DNA from: Marinomonas spartinae
GTDB taxonomy: Bacteria > Pseudomonadota > Gammaproteobacteria > Pseudomonadales > Marinomonadaceae
Direction: 5' to 3'
Length of the DNA: 24,000 nucleotides
Assembly: GCF_016461715.1 (NCBI RefSeq)
Contig: NZ_JAEMUI010000027.1
Location: 1,899-25,898 of the forward strand
Positions 7,935 through 15,454 of this stretch are shown here, in pieces. A model generated the notes under the pieces. The model was not told the origin of the DNA. It ran no database searches and saw only the letters and a program-made list of their open reading frames with translations. Made by a program: the position numbers and the translations under genes. The stretch's first letter is position 1. Every line of letters starts with the position of its first letter.

Positions 7935-9068
7935 TTAATCTGTCGTAGGGTAATGTTTGGTTAAGTCACGTTCTTTCTTCCATGCTGTCAGTAACGACAT
8001 AATCGAATCAGGACGAAACCCTCTGGCTTTTTGCTTGGCACCAATTTCAAATAAAATGCGATATTGCGCTAAAAGTGTTGAGAAGATCTCTTTTAGATTG
8101 GTATTTCTATCCCAAATATGTGTTGCCTCGCTGCTGGCGCCATTTATTTCGAGAATGGTAAAGCTTTTACCTTGCATAAATAGGTTTATATTTTGAAATT
8201 TGATATCAAGGCGTCCGTAGTAATACTCGTTGACGTCTTTTAATATCTCATCTAACTTTTTGCTTAATGCATCGGTAATAAATGGATTACCATTTCTAAA
8301 AATGGAACCGCGACTATGACTCCCAGCAAATGCCAATTGGTACTCTTCTCCGGCAGGTAATACCCAATCCAATTTTTCTTGGTGGCGAGGTAAATAAAGA
8401 TGGCTTAATTGTCCGGCACGAGGGCAGCGTTCAATGAGCTCTTTAAGCGTATGAATACCATCACCTATAACACTTGGAGAGTATTTCAATGTCATGGAAA
8501 TGATCTTTCCTGTCTTTTCACCAGGGTAGCGAACATAAAAGACGCCAGCTTCCGCTTGGTAAGGAGCTTTTTGTTGTAATAAAAAGCGGGCCTTGTTTGG
8601 AAAAGACTCAATGTATTCTGTTAATTGCTGATTATTATTGACTAATTTAACTCCTACCCCGCGGCATCCTATATCTGGTTTTGCGACCAGAGGGAAAGTT
8701 AGGTTTTGCGAGCTTAATACTTGCAATGCCTGCTTCATCTGTTTATCAACCGATTCCTCTGTTTTAGTTATGGTGACGTAGGGAGAAATCCACTGTTTGG
8801 CAACCGGTCCTGCTAATTGCAAAATATCATGTTTAGATTCGCCAACCATGCCGCTCAGTTTGATGCTAGGGTTAGCAATCAAGGGTAAGCGTAAATCTCC
8901 ATAGCGCAGTCCTAACCACAAACTTTGTAAAACAACCGGCGTATAAAAAAACCAAGTTGGATAGAATTCAAAAGGCGATACCACGCGATGAGAATCCATC
9001 TCTAGGCTTGGCATTCCTGCATTAATTCTATTCTCTTGAATAGATTGAATATTCATAGTTGGACTCAT
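7935..9068 (-). CDS. ATP-grasp domain protein (carboxylate-amine ligase type), specific function unknown
   Basis: 377-aa ORF. ATP-grasp signatures are FPLVAKPDIGCRGVGVKLV and FTILEINGASSEATHIWD. A ~120-aa N-terminal region contains the hydrophobic stretch FYPTWFFYTPVVLQSLWLGL. The start overlaps the DedA stop as ATGA. Confidence 0.75.
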   Translation of the reverse strand: MSPTMNIQSIQENRINAGMPSLEMDSHRVVSPFEFYPTWFFYTPVVLQSLWLGLRYGDLRLPLIANPSIKLSGMVGESKHDILQLAGPVAKQWISPYVTITKTEESVDKQMKQALQVLSSQNLTFPLVAKPDIGCRGVGVKLVNNNQQLTEYIESFPNKARFLLQQKAPYQAEAGVFYVRYPGEKTGKIISMTLKYSPSVIGDGIHTLKELIERCPRAGQLSHLYLPRHQEKLDWVLPAGEEYQLAFAGSHSRGSIFRNGNPFITDALSKKLDEILKDVNEYYYGRLDIKFQNINLFMQGKSFTILEINGASSEATHIWDRNTNLKEIFSTLLAQYRILFEIGAKQKARGFRPDSIMSLLTAWKKERDLTKHYPTTD

Positions 9069-9652
9069 AATGACTCTCTTGAAATAGAACGACGAATAAT
9101 GCGATTAATCATTAATAAAGCCACAACACCAACGGGGATTAATAACCATTGATATTGTGTTGCTTGTAGCCAAGCTCGGGTTCCTAAGTAATAAACAACA
9201 CCAAATACAACGCCTGTCCAAAGTGTGGTAGCAAAGGTCACGGCGCTCAAAAAAATAGGCAAGGGAATAAGAAAGAAACCGCTTAAGGTGAAACCAATTG
9301 CCCGTAACCCTGGCGTAAATCGGATTACGAAGATATTTAAAAATGCGTTTTTACTTAGTCTATTTTGTACTACTTTAAAATATTTATTCGTTAGCGTTTT
9401 ATAACGTAGCCAGCGAACTTTTCGTGTGAGTAGACCTAGATAGTACAGTCCAAAATCCCCGGTAATAATGCCAAATGCGATTGCTACCATGGCTAATGAT
9501 ATAGGCAGCTGATCTTGGGCGGCTAAAGAGGCTGCGGTAACAATGGCAAGGTCTTCTAGTAAGTAAGACAACAAAATAATGCCTACTATCAAAAACCAGT
9601 ACGCGTGGTGACCAGCACTAATCTCTTGTAAAAAATGGTTTATCAAACACAC
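9065..9652 (-). CDS. DedA / SNARE-associated (VTT domain) membrane protein
   Basis: 195-aa polytopic ORF with a DedA-type core (GDFGLYYLG ... FVIRFTPGLRAIG). It has a GTG start and is the first gene of the minus-strand cluster. Confidence 0.75.
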   Translation of the reverse strand: MCLINHFLQEISAGHHAYWFLIVGIILLSYLLEDLAIVTAASLAAQDQLPISLAMVAIAFGIITGDFGLYYLGLLTRKVRWLRYKTLTNKYFKVVQNRLSKNAFLNIFVIRFTPGLRAIGFTLSGFFLIPLPIFLSAVTFATTLWTGVVFGVVYYLGTRAWLQATQYQWLLIPVGVVALLMINRIIRRSISRESL

Positions 9653-9972
9653 CTCGGACTCTGAATGTTTTTCACCTTCTTTTTCTAATAAAACGAAGGT
9701 GATTATTGATGTTCTATTCCTTAGTCGAGACGAGGTTTGGATTTCTTACACTGAAATGAATTTTTTTGGAAAAAATCTGTCTTTCATTAAAAAAGAGTCT
9801 GAAGAAGAGAGTGGCTGATTTGGTAATAGGTATGGCGAGGAGTGTCTTAACACTGTTGGTTAGCTGTTTAAGGGTTCTAGCTCCTTAAAGATTACGAGGT
9901 GGCTGTGTTTTTGAAGGGGAAATCGTTCCCCATGGTACGGTGCTATCTTCATAGCAGCATAGACTGATTAAC

Positions 9973-10006
9973 AAACGCTATTCGAGGGAGCCGAATAGCG
10001 TTTTTT
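9973..10006. terminator. Intrinsic terminator hairpin 3' of the amidohydrolase gene (T-run best on the + strand, usable on both)
   Basis: The stem AAACGCTATTCG/CGAATAGCGTTT has a 7-nt loop. TTTTTT follows on the + strand and GTTTGTT follows on the - strand. Confidence 0.65.
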
Positions 10007-10039
10007 AGTACTTAGAGACTAAAGCGTAGATGGCTTCGA

Positions 10040-11964
10040 TTAGTCTTTCCAGTGGTAGACGCATTTGGCGCCTTTCCATGTTTCTAATACTGGAATATCG
10101 CGCATATTAGCGACTTTGTTTTCTGGATTGGTTGATAAATAAGTTAATGGCGACTGCTGAAGAATGACAAAATCGGCGTATTTCCCCGCTTCTAATGAAC
10201 CAACCATATTATCAGCGTGACATTGCCAGGCGGCATCAATTGTGACCGCTCGCAGTGCTTCAAATGGTGTAATGCATTCGTCTTTTGTGAGAACCTTATT
10301 GCTTGCACCACTAGGCGCGCCTTCCATAAAACGAGAAATGGATTGTTCCATCATGCGCAGCGGCCCAAGAGGCGATACGCCATTGTCACTGTGAAGAGTG
10401 AATTTGATGCCATATTGTAAGGCGGAATTGCAACGATCCAGTAAGCTTGCTCTTTCCGCACCAAGGATGGTTTGTTGGAAAGCCCATCCCCAATAACCAA
10501 CATGACCAATAAGAAAGCTGGGAGAAATACCTAGATCACGCATGCTTTCGAAGCTCTGGTTGCTAATCAGTGAGGCATGCTCAATACGGTCTCGCCTTAC
10601 TTCTATGGAGCTTGCATCTATTCCGGTGTTTCTAAATGTATCAATAGTGCGTTTGATGGCTTGGTCGCCATTAGCATGCACCATGATTGGCCAGCCTCTA
10701 GCAACCGATTTATTAAATGTCACTTGAAACTCACCAGGATAGCTAAAGTTGAAGATACCATGGTTGGTATTTTGATAACGGTTTTCATCATTGTATGCTT
10801 GATAATCCTCATCACAGCAATAAGTTTTGTATTGATAGCCCGTCAGACCTTGGTTCGAACCATCAGAGATGACTTTAATAAAGGGTAAGAAGAATTTATC
10901 ATCTCCCTGCATGGGGAGATAACTAGGGTCAATTTTCGTTTCAAAGTCATTAGGCGAAAGTACGACCAAAGCCCCCGCTATTCTAACGGGGCAGTTTGCA
11001 CTATGGGCTTTTTGTTTCAGGTATTCTGGTTGATTAAATTTACTTGTTTGATCCCATGGGTCCACCGCCGCATCCAATACTGTGGTCAGACCACGCTTGC
11101 TTGTTTCTGCAAGTAAACTGTCTACATATAGGTCTATCTTTGCGCCTAATAGCTTAGTATCCTGCTGACTCAAAATGTATTGAACAACAGGGAGCATTTC
11201 GTCGAGTTCCGCTAAAATGCCATATCATTTTCTGGTAACGGAACTTTGGCTTCTCGTAGCAATTTGATGGCGACTGAATTGATGTAGGCTAGATGGCCTG
11301 ATGAATTCATTATGTACACAGGTAGTTTGGTGGATATTTCATCAAGGGTGTCGGCGTTAAATTCACGATCTTTTCCGCTAAATAAAGAAGGGTCGACATT
11401 ACGGCCAAGCACCCAATGTTGTTCAACATCTTCATCTTTCATTGTCGCTTCAATTGAGTCTGCTAATTCAGCTAATGTTTGAATGACAAAGGTTCGATTG
11501 TAGCCCTTACGTAAGTATTGGCCATCAAAAGGCCCTACATCGGTACATATGTTCATGACGGCTGTCGATACAATATGTATATGGGGATCTATCATGCCTG
11601 GTATTAGGGTTTCTGAACCCGTGAGTACTCGTTCTATTGTTTCGCTTGCTTGTGACTCTTTAATGGCGTTTTGGACGTCTTCGTAATTTCCTGTAGCAAG
11701 GATTTTTTCGCCAACCATACCAATGGCTTCTACTTTTTCATTTTGTCCATCCTTCATAGTGATGATGGTGCCCGATGCTTTCTCTGCAAGTTCTGAGTAA
11801 CGCTCAACCCGAATGATTTGGGCAATATTGTGGTCTTGGGGCGAAACAGATAGCTGAAACGTGTCTTTGGTGTTTACGTTGTGAGAAAAGTCTTCGGGTA
11901 GGAAGGACTTCCAAAGCGGATTGCAGCATGAACATGAAATATGTGTTGTATGATTATGTTTCAT
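10040..11964 (-). pseudogene. Amidohydrolase-3 (YtcJ-like metal-dependent hydrolase) interrupted by a 1-nt frameshift
   Basis: Two adjacent ORFs in different frames are collinear with a single ~640-aa Amidohydro_3 protein. The 250-aa fragment (11212-11964) carries the HxH motif GMIDPHIHIV. The 385-aa fragment (10040-11197) carries HANGD, IEHASL and FTLHSDN. Adding one T to the T4 run on the coding strand (window 11214-11217) gives the continuous reading ...PENDMAFLAELDEMLPVVQY... Confidence 0.75.
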
Positions 11965-12216
11965 TGTACTTATTTCCTTAAATAGAGCGTTAGACGCGGG
12001 CCTATCTTGGGTTCGATAATTCCGAAAAGGTGTTATAGCAGTTTCTATTAACCCCTCCTATTACAGGTTGTTACACTAAAATTTTTGAGCGAATTCAATG
12101 AGTATTTTAATAAAGTGAATTTTATGCAGGTTTTCCATGAAGAGAATTTGGTTCACGTGTGAGGGGGGAGTCTTTACGATGATGGTCACTTAAATGATTT
12201 GAAAGAGGTGTTTTCC

Positions 12217-13350
12217 ATGGATGTTCGTTTTCCTTCGCGCTCCGATGTTGTTGGTAGCTATCTGCGTCCTGAGTATCTTCACCAAGCTCGCCGTGATTTC
12301 AAAGAAGGTGTTATTGATCGAGCTGCGCTAACTGCAGTGGAAGATCGCGCCATTTTAGAGCTAGTTGAGCAGCAAAAAGTGGCAGGGTTAAAGGTGATTA
12401 CTGATGGCGAATTTCGTCGTAGTTGGTGGCATATTGATTTCCTAGAAAACCTTAATGGTGTGGAAGGCTATGTACCCGAGGCAGGCTACAATCAGCAGTT
12501 TAAAGGAAAGGATGCGCCTTCTTATAATATTCGTGTTTCTGGCAAAGTCTCATTTAATCCTAACCATCCCTTCTTAGCGCATTTTGACTTTCTTAAAAAG
12601 GCTACTGAAACGGGTGATGAGAGTATTGCCAAGGCGACGATTCCAAGTCCCACGATGATTTTACGTCAAGAAATCTTAGCCAATGATGGTTCATCTCGTT
12701 TGGATGAGATCTATTCTGATGTGAATGGATTTTATCACGACTTAGCGCAAACCTATCGTGATGCGATTCAGGCCTATTATGCTCACGGCTGTCGCTATTT
12801 GCAGTTTGACGATACAAACTGGGCGTTTCTTGTGGATGCAGATAAGCGTGATGGCTTGGTAGCACGCGGCATTGATCCCGATAAAATCAGTGATATTTGT
12901 ACGCAAATTATCAATCAATCCTTAGCTGGCAAACCGGATGATCTGGTGATCACAACCCATATTTGTCGTGGTAATCATGCGTCTTCTTGGTTGTTTTCCG
13001 GTGGTTATGAACCAGTCGCTAAGGCTTTGTTTGCGACCCACTACGATGGTTTTTTCCTTGAGTACGATAATGACCGAGCAGGGGACTTTGCTCCATTGCG
13101 TTATTGCGAAGGAAAAGAGGCGCGTATTGTGCTGGGCTTAGTGACCTCTAAATTTCCTGAGCTTGAAGATCCCGAGTTGATTAAAGCACGTATTAAAGAA
13201 GCATCGGACTATGTTCCTTTAGAGAATTTATGTATTAGTCCCCAGTGTGGTTTTGCCTCGACCGCTGAGGGTAATAAGCTGGCTATTGATGATCAATGGA
13301 ACAAAATTCGTTTACTCAATCGGGTAGCTGATCAAGTTTGGGCCTCTTAG
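12217..13350 (+). CDS. Cobalamin-independent methionine synthase-like protein (single MetE C-terminal-type domain, YxjG/YxjH-like)
   Basis: 377 aa from the ATG at 12217 (AAGAGG 8 nt upstream). The Zn-ligand-type motifs THICRGN and SPQCGFAS match the MetE His-x-Cys and C-terminal Cys. It is about half the length of full MetE. Confidence 0.8.
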   Translation: MDVRFPSRSDVVGSYLRPEYLHQARRDFKEGVIDRAALTAVEDRAILELVEQQKVAGLKVITDGEFRRSWWHIDFLENLNGVEGYVPEAGYNQQFKGKDAPSYNIRVSGKVSFNPNHPFLAHFDFLKKATETGDESIAKATIPSPTMILRQEILANDGSSRLDEIYSDVNGFYHDLAQTYRDAIQAYYAHGCRYLQFDDTNWAFLVDADKRDGLVARGIDPDKISDICTQIINQSLAGKPDDLVITTHICRGNHASSWLFSGGYEPVAKALFATHYDGFFLEYDNDRAGDFAPLRYCEGKEARIVLGLVTSKFPELEDPELIKARIKEASDYVPLENLCISPQCGFASTAEGNKLAIDDQWNKIRLLNRVADQVWAS

Positions 13351-13377
13351 GTTTTTTCTTAGGTCTTTTTCTTAGGT
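13345..13377 (+). repeat. Three tandem copies of TCTTAGGT (spacing 12-13 nt), starting in the stop codon of the MetE-like gene
   Basis: TCTTAGGT occurs at 13345-13352, 13357-13364 and 13370-13377. The last two copies extend to a 12-nt repeat, TTTTTCTTAGGT. Confidence 0.7.
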
Positions 13378-13401
13378 ATGTAGAGTCCGTTCTTTTCTAT
13401 C

Positions 13402-13450
13402 AAAACGATCGGGGAGTACTTTATCTGTGGCTCTCTGATCGTTTTTTCTT
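13402..13450 (+). terminator. Rho-independent terminator of the MetE-like gene
   Basis: AAAACGATC (13402-13410) pairs with GATCGTTTT (13437-13445). G-U-assisted pairing extends into the loop, and TTTTTTCTT follows. Confidence 0.65.
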
Positions 13451-13674
13451 ATAGCGTGACGTGTTTATCGCTTGCCTGTTCCGTGTTGCGCTTACTCGCT
13501 CATTATTTTCATAATGATGTAATATAAGCGCAAGACTTGTTTCTTTGCTTTCTATCCTATATCGAACAAACAGAGGCAGTCGCTTGTAAAGTAAAGCAGC
13601 CATTGTGCAGCAACAATAACTATTATTATCGTACAATTTTTGTCGCGTTGTAGGCGGCAATTTAGGAGCTTAAG

Positions 13675-14115
13675 ATGCTAAAAAATATCCACCCACTACT
13701 TAACGGCGAGTTATTAAATGTGTTACGTAGCATGGGGCACGGAGACGATATTGTATTGGTGGATCGTAATTTCCCCGCAGTATCTGTCGCCAATGGCAAG
13801 CCTGTTATTCGTTTGGACGGAGTGTCCGTCACTGAAGCCGCGAGTGCCATTTTATCCGTATTGCCTTTGGATACGTTTGTGGATCACCCTGTGAAAAGAA
13901 TGCAGGTGGTGGGTGAGGATGAAGCCTATATGCCGAAGGTTCAGCAAGAATTTTCTACGGTGTTAAAAGCGGCGGATAGCAAGAGTGCTGAGATGGGATC
14001 ATTAGAGCGTTTTGCTTTTTATGAGGCTGCTAAACAAGCATTTGCCATTGTCGTGACCGGTGAAGCGCGGGGTTATGGATGCTTTTTATTGAAAAAAGGT
14101 GTGATCTTCGCTTAA
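13675..14115 (+). CDS. fucU: L-fucose mutarotase / RbsD-FucU family protein
   Basis: 146-aa ORF. MLKNIHPLLNGELLNVLRSMGHGDDIVLVDRNFPA and FAFYEAAKQAFAIVVTGEARGYGCFLLKKGV are collinear with my recollection of E. coli FucU. AGGAG lies upstream. Confidence 0.8.
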   Translation: MLKNIHPLLNGELLNVLRSMGHGDDIVLVDRNFPAVSVANGKPVIRLDGVSVTEAASAILSVLPLDTFVDHPVKRMQVVGEDEAYMPKVQQEFSTVLKAADSKSAEMGSLERFAFYEAAKQAFAIVVTGEARGYGCFLLKKGVIFA

Positions 14116-14176
14116 ATCTTATTAAGACTTTAAGTAAGTGTCTAACATTGTTGTCATCGAGTAGAAAAATCATGTT

Positions 14177-14213
14177 AAAACACAGGTTGCCCATTGGGCA
14201 CCTGTGTTTTTTT
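14177..14213 (+). terminator. Rho-independent terminator after the fucU-like gene
   Basis: AAAACACAGGTTGCCC-att-GGGCACCTGTGTTTT stem with one bulge, followed by a T7 run. Confidence 0.8.
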
Positions 14214-14341
14214 GATGGATACTGTTCTTTTTAGTGTGTGCTAGGGTGTTGTTTGCAACGAATGCTGTCGCAGATAGGGCGTTGTCGATGAAAAGGCGTT
14301 GGCATATCGGCTGACGATAATATACATAAGTGAGTAGCGCG

Positions 14342-15109
14342 ATGTTCGAGCATGTTCGTGAGTGGTTAGAAAGTAGACGAATTCAAGAGGCTGGCTTTAC
14401 CTCAGAAATGTGGGAGGCTTCCATTGCCGATTGGCCCGTGGCAGCACGTTTTCAAGGGGCGGAGCGAGATGAACTAAGAACATTAACCTTTCGTTTTTTG
14501 GTTCGTAAAAGCTTTTCGGCGGGTGGCGACTTTGAGCTTACTGAATCTGTTTATATGAAACTGGCCACCATGGCTTGTGTACCCATCTTACATTTGGGAC
14601 TGAATTGGTACGATCATGTGCATAGTATTGTGGTTTATGAAGGGGATTTTCTTCCGCCACGAACCTATCGAACAGCAGATGGCGTGGTACATGAAAGAGG
14701 CCCAGGGTTAAGCGGCGAAGCTTGGCTGCGTGGGCCAGTTATTTTGTCGTGGCAATCGATTTTAGAGTCTGGCCCTCAAGCGCGTCATGGCAAAGCGAGC
14801 AATGTGGTGATTCATGAGTTTGCCCACAAGTTAGACATGCTGCGTGATGGGGCCAATGGGGCACCGCCAATGCATCCCGGAATGGACGCGGGAGAGTGGC
14901 ATGATGTTTTTATGTCAGCTTGGGGGCGTTTAGAACGAAATGTAGAACAGCATATGGCTTTGCCCATCGATGTGTACGCATTGACCAGTCCAGCGGAATT
15001 TTTTGCGGTATGCAGTGAAACCTTCTTTGAGGCACCGGAGGCGATGATTCATACCATGCCGAATGTCTATCGCTTATTATGTTTGTTTTATCGTCAAACA
15101 CCCCTTTAG
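14342..15109 (+). CDS. mtfA: MtfA-like zinc peptidase (M90 family, Mlc titration factor A homologue)
   Basis: Contains the HExxH motif (VVIHEFAHKLD) and the C-terminal PAEFFAVCSETFFEAPE, collinear with my recollection of E. coli MtfA. The start is ambiguous between GTG 14330 and ATG 14342. Confidence 0.75.
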   Translation: MFEHVREWLESRRIQEAGFTSEMWEASIADWPVAARFQGAERDELRTLTFRFLVRKSFSAGGDFELTESVYMKLATMACVPILHLGLNWYDHVHSIVVYEGDFLPPRTYRTADGVVHERGPGLSGEAWLRGPVILSWQSILESGPQARHGKASNVVIHEFAHKLDMLRDGANGAPPMHPGMDAGEWHDVFMSAWGRLERNVEQHMALPIDVYALTSPAEFFAVCSETFFEAPEAMIHTMPNVYRLLCLFYRQTPL

Positions 15110-15247
15110 AGACTTTTGCACGACTACTGTGCTTGCCAATACTTTGTTAAAAACAGACTCAAAATGCTCATTTATAACTATAAACTCCGCTTTCTCGTCT
15201 GTTTTTGCCGCGTCTTGGCGTCGCTCGTGACATCGTGCAAAGGTCTC
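15109..15247. repeat. ~140-bp nested imperfect palindrome (REP/ERIC/MITE-like intergenic element)
   Basis: The outer arms GAGACTTTTGCACGA (15109-15123) and TCGTGCAAAGGTCTC (15233-15247) are complementary at 14 of 15 positions. The inner arms AAAAACAGAC (15150-15159) and GTCTGTTTTT (15198-15207) match at 10 of 10. A GCCAA/TTGGC pairing lies between them. The left arm begins at the last base of the mtfA stop codon. Confidence 0.7.
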
Positions 15248-15454
15248 CTTTAAATAGTTTTTTTGGTGCGTTTTTTAGTGTAAAAACAAATAAAAAGTAT
15301 TAAGTTATCCGCTTTGATAAAAGTCCCCTAGCTAAGTTTTAATTATTTAGCTATAATAGGCCGCTAGGTTTTCCTCAGAAAATTCCAGAGAATTTTGTTA
15401 AGGCATGTAAATGATTGCACGCCTTACTCCCACCAAAAAAAGGTACACATTTAC

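Noticed and set aside
9665-9688. Phe-rich mini-ORF MFFTFFF reminiscent of a pheA/pheST-type leader peptide, overlapping a hairpin.
   Set aside because: It has no Shine-Dalgarno sequence and there is no downstream plus-strand gene to attenuate. It lies in a T-rich promoter region of the opposite-strand operon, so it is most likely chance.
5672-11964. Impression that the six-gene cluster and the broken amidohydrolase form a low-GC island. Hand counts of a few 60-nt lines gave about 32-42% GC there, against about 55% in lines from deaD and the TRAP binding-protein gene.
   Set aside because: Equally low values (about 37%) came from lines in the APC permease and the MetE-like gene. The contrast therefore reflects gene-to-gene heterogeneity, with the highly expressed deaD being GC-richer. 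A proper windowed GC and codon analysis is needed before any horizontal-transfer claim.
11990-12010. AGACGCGGGCCTATCT as possible tandem MetJ boxes upstream of the MetE-like gene.
   Set aside because: Only 5 of 8 and 3 of 8 positions match the AGACGTCT consensus, which is not better than chance in a 250-bp region.
13421-13660. 79-aa minus-strand ORF filling the MetE-like/fucU-like spacer.
   Set aside because: It has a TTG start with no Shine-Dalgarno sequence. It spans two terminator-like hairpins, has an unusual composition (CCC, runs of K/R) and shows no family resemblance. It is kept only as context in the spacer finding.
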